Below, piece after piece: positions 19,765 to 28,216 of a stretch of 36,023 nt of DNA (position 1 is its first letter; every line of letters starts with the position of its first letter). Below the pieces are notes generated by a model. That model searched no databases and had not been told where the DNA came from. It was given only the letters and a program-made list of their open reading frames with translations. Where the stretch lies: assembly GCA_021817655.1 (NCBI GenBank), contig JAKAGE010000001.1, positions 1-36,023 on the forward strand, written 5' to 3'. Source of the DNA: a bacterium (GTDB lineage Bacteria; Patescibacteriota; Minisyncoccia; UBA6257; 2-01-FULL-56-20). The position numbers were made by a program, and so were the translations under genes.

Positions 19765-20088
19765 CTATACCATCTTGATCTCGATATCCACGCCCGCCGG
19801 AAGGTTCAGGTTTGAGAGGGACTCGATGATCTTCTGGCTGGGGTTCAGGATCTCGACAAGGCGCTTGTGCACGCGGAGCTCGAACTGTTCGCGGGCGTCC
19901 TTGTGGACGAAGGTCGAGCGGTTGACGGTGTAATGCTTCACCTCCGTCGGGAGCGGGATCGGGCCCGTCACCTTCGCGTCATTGCGCTCGGCCGCCTCGA
20001 TGATCTGGCGCGCCGAATTGTCGATCAGCTTGTGATCGTACGACTTGATGCGCAGGCGCAGTTTCTGGGGAACGTCGGTCTTGGCCAT
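19765..20088 (-). CDS. rpsJ: 30S ribosomal protein S10
   Basis: [34 protein letters not shown]; start MAKTDV. Confidence 0.99.
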   Translation of the reverse strand: MAKTDVPQKLRLRIKSYDHKLIDNSARQIIEAAERNDAKVTGPIPLPTEVKHYTVNRSTFVHKDAREQFELRVHKRLVEILNPSQKIIESLSNLNLPAGVDIEIKMV

Positions 20089-20102
20089 TTGAGTACCAGA
20101 GG

Positions 20103-20130
20103 AGTATAGCAAAACCGGCAAAACTGTCAA
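20103..20130 (-). promoter_or_regulatory. Sigma70 promoter for rpsJ
   Basis: TTGACA-16 bp-TATACT with TGn extension, 14 nt before the ATG. Confidence 0.85.
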
Positions 20131-20187
20131 ATAAGTAGTGCGGCTGACTTTGGATAGTTTTAACCCACGATTTTATAGAATGCCTCC

Positions 20188-20256
20188 GGGGGTGGCATAG
20201 TGCTGAATCCGGGTTGACACTCATGGATTCACAAGGGGCAAATCCTCGCACCCCCG
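20188..20256 (+). ncRNA. tRNA-like element A (69 nt, non-canonical)
   Basis: Acceptor GGGGGTG/CACCCCC + G then CCG; mini D region GCATAGTGC; long arm TGAATCC/GGATTCA with loop GTTGACAC; T-like arm CAAGG-GGCAAAT-CCTCG; TAGAAT -10 box 6 nt before G1. Confidence 0.6.
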
Positions 20257-20302
20257 CCGAAAAACATCGAAGGAAAACATTAAATAAATATTAAAAAATA
20301 TT

Positions 20303-20330
20303 TTGACAGATCTCTTTGAGCTGCTACCAT
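20303..20330 (+). promoter_or_regulatory. Promoter of antisense sRNA A
   Basis: AT-rich upstream tract, TTGACA-16 bp-TACCAT with TGn extension. Confidence 0.75.
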
Positions 20331-20336
20331 AATTAT

Positions 20337-20404
20337 GGTGTCAGCCCGGATTCTTCAGTACTATGCTTGGATCCGCAAAAACCCAGCAACGGGTTTTTTG
20401 TTTT
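20337..20404 (+). ncRNA. Putative sRNA A complementary to tRNA-like element A
   Basis: 20335-20366 is complementary to 20195-20224; own promoter; terminator AAAAACCC-AGCAAC-GGGTTTTTTGTTTT. Confidence 0.62.
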
Positions 20405-20478
20405 GCGCACCGGATTCGAACTTCTCCGATGAAGCACTAACTTAAGGCGTCCGGTGCCGCGACAATAGACCAGCGCAG

Positions 20479-20557
20479 GATAACACAAAACCCCCCTCTT
20501 TTTGGACCTTCGTGTCTGCACGGGGCCGGTCCAAAAAAAGAGGGGGGTTGCGTTATC
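20479..20557. repeat. Long (~30 bp arms) imperfect inverted repeat abutting the tuf stop; likely terminator or stabiliser
   Basis: GATAACACAAAACCCCCCTCTTTTTGGACC ... GGTCCAAAAAAAGAGGGGGGTTGCGTTATC. Confidence 0.8.
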
Positions 20558-21757
20558 TTACTTGACGATCTTCGTCACGACGCCGGCGCCGACGGTCTTG
20601 CCGCCCTCGCGGATGGCAAAACGCATCTTGTCTTCCATGGCGACCGGGGTGATGAGCTTCACCGTGATCTTGACGGTGTCGCCCGGCATGACCATCTCCA
20701 TGCCCTCCGGAAGCGAGACCTCGCCGGTCACGTCCGTGGTGCGGATATAGAACTGCGGCTTATAGCCCTTGAAGAACGGAGAGTGGCGGCCGCCCTCTTC
20801 CTTCGAGAGCACGTAGATCTCGCCTTCGAACTCCGAGTGCGGGGTCACCGAGCCCGGCTTCGCGAGCACCTGGCCGCGCTCCACGTCCTCCTTCTTGAGG
20901 CCGCGGAGGAGCAAGCCGGCGTTGTCGCCTGCCTGGCCCTCGTCGAGCGACTTGTTGAACATCTCGATGCCGGTAACGACGGTCTTCGCGGTCGGGCGGA
21001 GGCCCACCACTTCGACCTCCTCGTTCACCTTCACCTTGCCGCGCTCGATGCGGCCCGTCACGACGGTGCCGCGGCCTTCGATCGAGAAGATGTCCTCGAT
21101 CGGCATGAGGAACGGCTTGTCGAGATCGCGGACCGGATCCGGGAAGAAGTCATCCATCGCCTTCACGAGGTCGATGATCGGCTTCGCATCCTCGCCGTCG
21201 GCGGAGGTGGCGTTCAGCGCCTTCAACGCCGAACCGCGGATCACCGGGGCCGTGTCGCCCGGGAAGCCGTTCTTCGTGAGGAGCTCGCGCACCTCGGATT
21301 CGACGAGGTCGATAAGTTCCGGATCGTCCACCATGTCGCACTTGTTGAGGAACACGATGATCGACGGCACGCCGACCTGGCGGGCAAGCAGGATGTGCTC
21401 GCGCGTCTGCGGCATCGGACCGTCGGTCGCGGCAACCACGAGGACCGCACCGTCCATCTGAGCGGCGCCGGTGATCATGTTCTTGATGTAGTCGGCGTGG
21501 CCCGGCGCGTCAACGTGCGCGTAGTGGCGCTTCTCCGACTGGTACTCCGAGTGATGGAGCGCGATCGTGATGCCGCGCGCCTTCTCTTCCGGAGCGTTGT
21601 CGATCTGGTCGACCTTCTCCTCTTTCTTCGCGAGACCCTTCATGAAGAGCACGTGCGTGATCGCGGCAGTGAGGGTCGTCTTGCCGTGGTCGACGTGACC
21701 GATCGTGCCGACGTTCAAGTGCGGCTTGGACCGATCGAATTTCTCCTTTTCAGCCAT
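20558..21757 (-). CDS. tuf: Elongation factor Tu
   Basis: [36 protein letters not shown]. Confidence 0.99.
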   Translation of the reverse strand: MAEKEKFDRSKPHLNVGTIGHVDHGKTTLTAAITHVLFMKGLAKKEEKVDQIDNAPEEKARGITIALHHSEYQSEKRHYAHVDAPGHADYIKNMITGAAQMDGAVLVVAATDGPMPQTREHILLARQVGVPSIIVFLNKCDMVDDPELIDLVESEVRELLTKNGFPGDTAPVIRGSALKALNATSADGEDAKPIIDLVKAMDDFFPDPVRDLDKPFLMPIEDIFSIEGRGTVVTGRIERGKVKVNEEVEVVGLRPTAKTVVTGIEMFNKSLDEGQAGDNAGLLLRGLKKEDVERGQVLAKPGSVTPHSEFEGEIYVLSKEEGGRHSPFFKGYKPQFYIRTTDVTGEVSLPEGMEMVMPGDTVKITVKLITPVAMEDKMRFAIREGGKTVGAGVVTKIVK

Positions 21758-21881
21758 ATAATTGAATGATTAAAAGTTTATTTTGATTTTTTACCAGCTC
21801 CCCCCTTCTCAACAAAAACAGCTTCGAGAGCTGTAAAAACCTAAACCAATCGACCGGTTTAGAGAAGAGGTTTACGAAGAG

Positions 21882-21911
21882 ATTATAGACGAAAACCGGG
21901 CATTTTGTCAA
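21882..21911 (-). promoter_or_regulatory. Sigma70 promoter for tuf
   Basis: TTGACA-18 bp-TATAAT, about 120 nt upstream of the ATG. Confidence 0.8.
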
Positions 21912-21960
21912 CGCCGTCGGCCTCAGGAGTGGATAAGGTGTGAATAAAAAAGCACGGAAG

Positions 21961-22002
21961 GAAAGAAAACCCGCCGCACCCCGAAAAGAGAGTGGCGGCG
22001 GG
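21961..22002 (-). terminator. Intrinsic terminator after the 287-aa ORF
   Basis: CCCGCCGC...GCGGCGGG followed by TTTTCTTTC on the - strand. Confidence 0.7.
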
Positions 22003-22014
22003 AGAACCCAAAAG

Positions 22015-22878
22015 CTAATAGCGTGCAAACGGATCCTTGAATGAAGAGGTCAGTCCGTCCCTGAAGATCCGGTTGTCCGGATATCTCGGTTGGAGCCGGG
22101 CGATGATCTCCGCCGGAGGATGGATCCGTTCGATGCGGTCGCCTCCCGGCTTGCGTTCCAATTCCGTGCGGAGCGCAAAGAACCAGACGTCGTCGGCGAA
22201 CGGACTTTTGTCTCCGAACGCGCCGCTCACGATCCGCAGCGCATCGTCCATGTCCGTCGGAATGTTCTTCATCTTCAGCATGAGCGACCATCCGGAATTG
22301 CTTGCCTCATACTCATGAAGCCCTGCCAGGAACATCGTCTGCGCGGACGGATGCGGCTGGCGGATATAGAAGAAGAATCGCCGGTCATCTGCGCCGATGA
22401 CGTCCTTATGCATCAGGCGCCACAGGGTCCCGTGAAACGCGAGGTGCAATGCCTCGCGGGACGAGTACAGCGCCGCACCGACGTAATTGCAGTCGAGCAT
22501 GTTTCTGCCGATGCCCCGGAGATCCGTTCCCGCGCATCCTATGCGCGTGAAGCGGGAGATCGCTCCGTTCAGCATGACAATCAGCGCATCGTACTCTCCC
22601 CTGCTCATGCCCATATCGCGGACATCGAACAAATGATCGTACAAGACGCGGACAGGAACGAGCATATCGTCGGGATGGCGTTCCCGGTACTCGCGGAACT
22701 CCTCCCGCGCCATCTCGTGCTTTCCATCATACGAATCCCGCAACGCCCGGTAAAAAAGGCGGACGTCGGCATCCGCCGGTTCTGGGCGCGTGCGAGCGCC
22801 ATCGTTTCCTAGGGCAGGAGCCGCAAGACATACCGCCAATGAACAGCACCCAGCCGCCGATCTCCATCGTATGCGCAT
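22015..22878 (-). CDS. Hypothetical exported, probably alpha-helical protein
   Basis: Signal-peptide-like N-terminus (…CLAAPALG), GGAG upstream, own terminator. Confidence 0.7.
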   Translation of the reverse strand: MRIRWRSAAGCCSLAVCLAAPALGNDGARTRPEPADADVRLFYRALRDSYDGKHEMAREEFREYRERHPDDMLVPVRVLYDHLFDVRDMGMSRGEYDALIVMLNGAISRFTRIGCAGTDLRGIGRNMLDCNYVGAALYSSREALHLAFHGTLWRLMHKDVIGADDRRFFFYIRQPHPSAQTMFLAGLHEYEASNSGWSLMLKMKNIPTDMDDALRIVSGAFGDKSPFADDVWFFALRTELERKPGGDRIERIHPPAEIIARLQPRYPDNRIFRDGLTSSFKDPFARY

Positions 22879-22984
22879 ATCTTTCCGCTCCCGTGTTCAA
22901 AATAGTGCGGCATTCCTGCCGTTACTGTAATTATTATACAACGTTTTTTCGATATGTGCAATTTTTGCGGGCGTGGTGGGGACA

Positions 22985-24130
22985 TCATGCAAGCCGCTCG
23001 GCGCGGACGCCCAAAAGGCGGATCGCCTTGCGGTCCGGATTCTCGCGGCGGTCGAGGAACGGCATGAAAAGCCGGAGCGACTGGAAGCGGAGCGTCTCTC
23101 CCGCCGCAGGAGCGTCTACGGCGATCGCGCGGGACAGGGTCACCACGCGCGTCTTCGTCGAAAAATCAGCGAACCGCACGGTGATGCCGACCGCGCGGAA
23201 CGACGAGAACCCCTCCGCGCCGCGTTCCGCGCGCAAGCGCGCGGCAACATCGTCCGCGATCGCGGCGAGCGCGTCCACGAGCGTCTTCCGGTCCCGCGCC
23301 GCGCGCGCGCCGCCGACCGGCACGTCCCGCACGAACGTCATCTGCTCGCTCACCGACCGCATCATCGCCTCCTCATGGACCGGCGCATCGCTCGCCCCCC
23401 GGACTTTTCGATAGAGATCGAGCCCCCACTTCCCCATCATCCCGTAGAGCTCCGCCTCGCTGAACCGGCGCGCGTCGGCGACCGTCCGGACGCCGCGCGC
23501 CGCAAGCTGCGCCTCCGTCTTCGGCCCCACGCCCGGGATCGTGCGGATCGCCATCGGTGCAATGAACGCCGCGGCATCCTCATCCCGCACGGCCGTGAGC
23601 CCGTCCGGCTTCCGGAAATCCGATGCGATCTTCGCGATGAGCGTATTCGGCCCGATCCCCACCGATGCCGTCAGCCGCTCGGCCCCGAGGATCGCCGCCT
23701 TGATCGCCCGCGCGAGCGCCTCCGCTTCCTCGAACGACGCGCAGAACGACAGGTCGATGTACGCCTCGTCCACGCTTGCCTGGCCGATCACCGCCGGCCG
23801 GCCGCTCGCGGCACGGACCGTATCGCGGACGACCGCCATCACCCGCCGGGATACGGCGGCGTATTTCTCCATATCCACATCCATGAATACCGCCGGCGGC
23901 AGGCCGCGGCGGCGCGCATCCTCCGAATACCGCCACGCGGTCGCGATCGGAAGCGCCGAGCGGATCCCGTACGCCCGCGCCGGATAGTTCGCCGTGGAGA
24001 CGACGCCGCGCCCGCGCCCGTTCAGCGGATCCGCGCCCACCACGATCGGCGACCCCCGGAGGCGCGGATGGTCCCGCTCTTCGATCGCGGCGAAGAACGC
24101 GTCCATGTCGAGATGTGCGACGATCGCCAT
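22985..24130 (-). CDS. dinB: DNA polymerase IV (Y family)
   Basis: HLDMDAFFAAIE, STANYPAR, SVDEAYID, AKIASD..KPDG, IRLLGV. Confidence 0.96.
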   Translation of the reverse strand: MAIVAHLDMDAFFAAIEERDHPRLRGSPIVVGADPLNGRGRGVVSTANYPARAYGIRSALPIATAWRYSEDARRRGLPPAVFMDVDMEKYAAVSRRVMAVVRDTVRAASGRPAVIGQASVDEAYIDLSFCASFEEAEALARAIKAAILGAERLTASVGIGPNTLIAKIASDFRKPDGLTAVRDEDAAAFIAPMAIRTIPGVGPKTEAQLAARGVRTVADARRFSEAELYGMMGKWGLDLYRKVRGASDAPVHEEAMMRSVSEQMTFVRDVPVGGARAARDRKTLVDALAAIADDVAARLRAERGAEGFSSFRAVGITVRFADFSTKTRVVTLSRAIAVDAPAAGETLRFQSLRLFMPFLDRRENPDRKAIRLLGVRAERLA

Positions 24131-24167
24131 AGGCACATTAAAGCATGAAAATTGGTAGAATGAAGCT

Positions 24168-24710
24168 ATGATGGAGACGAACCAGCAGCCCCAACCCGCG
24201 GCGCCCGCGAAGCCCCTCCGCTTCCGACGCGCCGTGCCCGTGCTCGCGCTCGCGATCGCCGTGGTCTACGCCATCGGCATCATCGTCAGCAACACCGCGA
24301 TCGCCGCGTTCGTATGGATCGTGCTCACCGTCCTCCTCGGGCTTCTCTCGATCGCGATCGGCCTCATGGCCGGCGCCGTCGTCGTGAAATCGCTTTTCGC
24401 CGTGGCGGCGGAGCTCTCGCTCCTCATCTTCCTCACGCAGGCGTTCTGCGGCGCACCGGCCCGGCATCCGGCGAACAACGCCGCGATGACCGTGCTCTTC
24501 ACGATCGGCATGCTCTATATCGCCTATCTCTTCTTCACCACCCTCCGGGACGAACTGAAGGGCGTGTACCGCCGCCGCCTCGAAGAGCATCCGCGCACCT
24601 GGGAGAAGGTCATCACCGTCGCCGCATTCATCGCGTTCGTGCTCCTCTTTGTCTGGGAGCTCTATCTCATCGTCGCACCGATCGTGCGCGGGCTGTGCGT
24701 CTATAAATAG
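24168..24710 (+). CDS. Hypothetical multi-pass membrane protein
   Basis: About 5 hydrophobic segments; extended -10 box 6 nt before the ATG. Confidence 0.8.
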   Translation: MMETNQQPQPAAPAKPLRFRRAVPVLALAIAVVYAIGIIVSNTAIAAFVWIVLTVLLGLLSIAIGLMAGAVVVKSLFAVAAELSLLIFLTQAFCGAPARHPANNAAMTVLFTIGMLYIAYLFFTTLRDELKGVYRRRLEEHPRTWEKVITVAAFIAFVLLFVWELYLIVAPIVRGLCVYK

Positions 24711-24736
24711 GCGAATAGGCGGCCGACCGCACCGCG

Positions 24737-25213
24737 TCAACGGTTCATCCCCCACACGCGATAGTTCAGGTAACAGGCGAACGTCACCCAGGCCGCATAC
24801 GGCACGAGGAGCCATGCGGCAAGAAGGGATGCGGGAGCGAGCAACTGGATCAGCGCCACGATCGTAAGATCGAGCGCAAGGCACACCCACACCGCGGCGA
24901 ACGGCCGCCGGAGATAAAAGAACACCCAGCTCCACGAAACGTTAAGGGCCGCGTTCAGGCAGAAGAGCGCATACACTCCTGCCCGCACCGGCGCCCACAC
25001 CGTACCCGCCGGCACATTCCACGCGATGATCGCCGCCCACGCGGCGAGAATATAGAGCACCGTCCATACGGCGCCGATCACCCGCCCCGGCGGCGTCCAT
25101 GACGGCTTCCGCAGATGCACGTACCACGTGCGCACCGACGACGCCGTGAACCGTCCGCCGAGCCAGGCGACCGCCACCGTCACAAGCGGGATCAAAACGT
25201 AGGAAAGACGCAT
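24737..25213 (-). CDS. tspO: TspO/MBR family tryptophan-rich sensory protein
   Basis: WYVHLRKPSWTPP, VWTVLY, LNVSWSWVFF, LLVPYAAWVTFA. Confidence 0.95.
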   Translation of the reverse strand: MRLSYVLIPLVTVAVAWLGGRFTASSVRTWYVHLRKPSWTPPGRVIGAVWTVLYILAAWAAIIAWNVPAGTVWAPVRAGVYALFCLNAALNVSWSWVFFYLRRPFAAVWVCLALDLTIVALIQLLAPASLLAAWLLVPYAAWVTFACYLNYRVWGMNR

Positions 25214-25292
25214 ACCACTATTCTACACCTTCACGCCCCCGCGGATCCGGCGAAAGCCCCACCCGCACCGCTGGTCTCAGAAGGGCAAATTC

Positions 25293-26291
25293 CTATCCCC
25301 AGCTGAACCCGCGGCCGAAGTGGCCCCACGCCGCCGTGTCGGCCCATCGCACCGCGTCGAGCCGCAGGAAGGACCGGATACCCGCGGGCGAAAGGTCATA
25401 GCCCGTCACGGGCACCGCGCGGAGCACGCCGCCACGCTCATCGAGCAGTTCCGCGACCGCCATCACGGGCTCCGCCTTGCCGATCGCATATGCGAGCTTG
25501 GCGCGCACGGCAAAGACCGCGGCATCCGCATCCGCATCGGCGTGGCCGGCACCACCGCCGCCCATATGCTTTCGCAACTCGTCCACCGCGATCCGCCGCG
25601 CCATATAGGCGCCCGACCGGTCCACCTTGGTGTAATCCTTGCCCGAGAACGATCCGCCGCCCGCGCCAACCTCCGGCCCGTAGTTGTCGACGACGATCTT
25701 GCGTCCCGAAAGCCCCGAGTCGGCGTCGAACCCGCCGAGCGTCCAGTCGCCCGCCGGATTCACCAGGTATTCGTCGGCCGCGATGAGCAATCGCACGAGC
25801 GGGAGCAGTTCGCCGCTCGGCGCGTTCTGAAAGCTCGCGACGACGGCCGTCACGCGCCCGTCCGCCACCGTCACCTGCGTCTTGCCGTCAAAGGGATACC
25901 GCGCATAGATGTCGCGGCACAGCTTCCGCGCGAGCTCGTACTCGAGCGGCATGAGCGCCTCCGTCTCCCGCGTGGCATACCCCGTCATGATTCCCTGGTC
26001 CCCCGCGCCGCCCGCGTCCACGCCCTGCGCGATCGACGGGCTCTGCACCGAAAAATACCGGTGCACCGCATGCCCCGGCGCCACCCGCGCGACGAGCGCC
26101 GGCACGTCCACCGCGCACGCGCTCGTCACCTCGCCCGAGAGCGTGAGGTGCCTGTGCCCGCCCATCACCTCCACCGCCACCCGGCTCTTCGGATCCCCGG
26201 CGAGATATGCATCGAGCACGGTGTCGGCGATCACATCGCACACCTTGTCCGGATGCCCCGGCGAAACGAACTCCGCAGTCCGCATCTTCAT
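25293..26291 (-). CDS. metK: S-adenosylmethionine synthetase (compact form)
   Basis: EFVSPGHPDK, GAGDQG, DSGLSGRKI, GGGSFSGKD.TKVDRS, WGHFGR. Confidence 0.96.
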   Translation of the reverse strand: MKMRTAEFVSPGHPDKVCDVIADTVLDAYLAGDPKSRVAVEVMGGHRHLTLSGEVTSACAVDVPALVARVAPGHAVHRYFSVQSPSIAQGVDAGGAGDQGIMTGYATRETEALMPLEYELARKLCRDIYARYPFDGKTQVTVADGRVTAVVASFQNAPSGELLPLVRLLIAADEYLVNPAGDWTLGGFDADSGLSGRKIVVDNYGPEVGAGGGSFSGKDYTKVDRSGAYMARRIAVDELRKHMGGGGAGHADADADAAVFAVRAKLAYAIGKAEPVMAVAELLDERGGVLRAVPVTGYDLSPAGIRSFLRLDAVRWADTAAWGHFGRGFSWG

Positions 26292-26325
26292 AGAAGAAGA
26301 AAAATTTATTTATTGTTGTCCGACG

Positions 26326-26356
26326 AACAACGAAACAACCGCCTACACGGCGGTCG
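26326..26356 (-). terminator. Riboswitch-controlled terminator upstream of metK
   Basis: GACCGCC-GTGTA-GGCGGTT followed by GTTTCGTT on the - strand, right after the aptamer. Confidence 0.65.
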
Positions 26357-26367
26357 CTGTTCAGTGA

Positions 26368-26471
26368 ACATCTTCCCCGTGAAGGGCTGGATTTCGCACC
26401 GTGCCGGATCGCCGGTCGGTTGCGGGCGGAGCTTTGGGCCAAATCCCTTAGCATCTCCGCTCTCTGGATGT
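26368..26471 (-). promoter_or_regulatory. SAM-I (S-box) riboswitch
   Basis: - strand ACATCCAGAG...AAGGGATTTGGCCC...GCAACC...ACGGTGCGAAATCC...GGAAGATGT matches the S-box consensus; P1 ACATC/GATGT; upstream of metK; TGcTATACT promoter at 26491-26499. Confidence 0.88.
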
Positions 26472-26528
26472 GTATTCGGTTGTTGGGTTCAGTATAGCAT
26501 AAGAACCTTGCCGCGTCAGGACCTCACC

Positions 26529-26924
26529 TTAGAGCATATCCCGATACTCCGGATAATTGTCTTTTATGACCTTCTTCCACTGTGCGGTCTCGCTGCCCGC
26601 GCGCCCAAGGTCGCTTTTATGGTACACCAAGAGCACCGCCACTTCGGCAGCATTCTTCCGGACCGCGACAATGCACCGATTTCCCGAGCCGTGACGGGAT
26701 TCGTTCCTGCCGGAAATCTTGAACTCTGTTTTGCAGATCTTCACCGCGGGACCGTCATGGATCGTCTCCGCGATATTCCTGTCAAACAGCACATCAAAAC
26801 TGCGGAACTCCTGCACCAGCGCTTTGAGGGTGATATCCCATGCCCCTTTGTACTTCTTCTCGAAATTCTTTATGAAGTGCCGCTCCGCGAATGGTTCGAT
26901 GAGGACATGGTAATCAGTAGACAT
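26529..26924 (-). CDS. Putative RelE/HigB-like toxin
   Basis: 131 aa from MSTDYH; overlaps the antitoxin stop; SRHGSGNRCIV...LLVYHKSD resembles the RelE/HigB C-terminal pattern. Confidence 0.6.
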   Translation of the reverse strand: MSTDYHVLIEPFAERHFIKNFEKKYKGAWDITLKALVQEFRSFDVLFDRNIAETIHDGPAVKICKTEFKISGRNESRHGSGNRCIVAVRKNAAEVAVLLVYHKSDLGRAGSETAQWKKVIKDNYPEYRDML

Positions 26925-27600
26925 GATCGGGATCTTCTTGGGTGATGACCTCATACGGAATGACCTCGTTCTCATGCGATACGAGATACGGCAGCTGCTG
27001 ATGGGTGAATTCCACGATCTCTTGCGTGCGTGCCGAACGCCATTTCTTGCCGATCTTCGCGATGAGGTCTTTTTCCTCCGCATTCAGCTCGGAAAGGCGT
27101 TCGCGGCGGGCCACCGGCGTTTCCGAAACGAGCATGGCGCCGTCCGCCGTGTTTTTGATGTCGATCTTCCCCTCCCCGAAGAGCTCATCGATCGCGCGGA
27201 AATAATCCACCGGCACCGGCCCGTACTGGATCTTCCGATAGGCCATGCCGCTCATGCTCGCGAGATGGTCATAGAACCATGCAAAATCCGCGAGATACAA
27301 AAGCTTGGCGAGCTTGGTCTTCGGCACCTTCCCGTCCGCGGGCGCGGCGGCGCGCAGGCACGCAAGCACCATCGCCTTGTACTTTTCATAGTTCGGCACC
27401 GCGCCCCCTTCGAGCTCCGAAAGGGACAATCCGAGCACATCGGCGATCTTCGCCGCCTCCGCAAGCGTGAGTTCGCGCTTCCCCTGCTCCACGGCAATGT
27501 ACGAAGTACGGGCAACGCCGAGCTTCTGCGCCATGTCCGCCTGCGAGATGCCCCGCACGAGCCGCAATTCCTTGATGGTCTTGAAGATATCCTTGCTCAT
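26914..27600 (-). CDS. XRE-HTH fused to a Panacea/SocA/GepA (DUF4065) antitoxin domain
   Basis: IKELRLVRGISQADMAQKLGV..EQGKRE (XRE); KLAKLLYLAD...YGPVP...THQQLPY (DUF4065 motifs). Confidence 0.88.
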   Translation of the reverse strand: MSKDIFKTIKELRLVRGISQADMAQKLGVARTSYIAVEQGKRELTLAEAAKIADVLGLSLSELEGGAVPNYEKYKAMVLACLRAAAPADGKVPKTKLAKLLYLADFAWFYDHLASMSGMAYRKIQYGPVPVDYFRAIDELFGEGKIDIKNTADGAMLVSETPVARRERLSELNAEEKDLIAKIGKKWRSARTQEIVEFTHQQLPYLVSHENEVIPYEVITQEDPDHVY

Positions 27601-27606
27601 ACCACA

Positions 27607-27661
27607 AGTATACTCCTGTATGTCAGAAAGTCAAGCATCCAGATGTCAGGATATTGGACAT
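27607..27661 (-). promoter_or_regulatory. Leaderless promoter and probable operator of the XRE-Panacea TA operon
   Basis: TTGACT-16 bp-TATACT-6 nt-ATG; palindrome ATGTC-N9-GACAT (27643-27661) and a second ATGTCAG half-site in the spacer. Confidence 0.7.
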
Positions 27662-28179
27662 TACCCCATCCGCCTCCCCAAAAGCTCCCGCCGCAGAACA
27701 AGCGGATCCCCCACGACCGACCGGACCACGTCCCAAAAGCGAACGGAATGGTTCATCTCCACCCGATGCGCAAGCTCGTGGACGATCAGATAGTCCTGCA
27801 GGTGCGGCGGCAGGAACACGATCCGGTAATTGAAGTTCAGGTTCCCCGATCGGGAACAGCTTCCCCACCGCGTCTTCTGGTCCCGCACAAAGATGCGCGA
27901 AAACGACACCCCCAGCACCGACGCAAAGAACGGAACACGCGCCGAAAGGAACTCCCGCGCACGCTCCCGATGCTCCAGGTATTCCCTCCGCCGCAAAAGC
28001 GTCCTCTTCTGCCGCATCACCCACCGCGCATGCCGCCGCACGAACCGCTCCCCCGCACGCACCGACACCCCCGCCGGCGTCGTGAGCACCACCTCCCCGC
28101 TTGCCATGATAGCAAGACGTATCCTCTTTGCCCGGGCACTGGTGTGGTGGGTAAAGGAGATGTGAGTAGAAAATAGCAT
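27661..28179 (-). CDS. YgjP/DUF45 (M48-like) zinc metallopeptidase family protein (start uncertain)
   Basis: QKTRWGSCS, DYLIVHELAH..EMNHS..FW. Confidence 0.9.
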   Translation of the reverse strand: MLFSTHISFTHHTSARAKRIRLAIMASGEVVLTTPAGVSVRAGERFVRRHARWVMRQKRTLLRRREYLEHRERAREFLSARVPFFASVLGVSFSRIFVRDQKTRWGSCSRSGNLNFNYRIVFLPPHLQDYLIVHELAHRVEMNHSVRFWDVVRSVVGDPLVLRRELLGRRMG

Positions 28180-28216
28180 GAACCGACTTATCTTTCTCTT
28201 AAATTTTCTTGCAAGC

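Noticed and set aside
20188..20256. Element A or B as tmRNA or a tmRNA piece (GGGGGTG start in A; G3.U70 in B)
   Set aside because: Acceptor halves close within 69 nt with no tag ORF or pseudoknots, A lacks G3.U70, and the tmRNA D-loop and GAC linker are absent.
20335..20445. 36-codon ORF (MVSARILQYY...) over sRNA A as a type I toxin peptide
   Set aside because: It starts about 2 nt before the predicted TSS, runs through the terminator, is not a hydrophobic TM peptide, and module B has no similar peptide.
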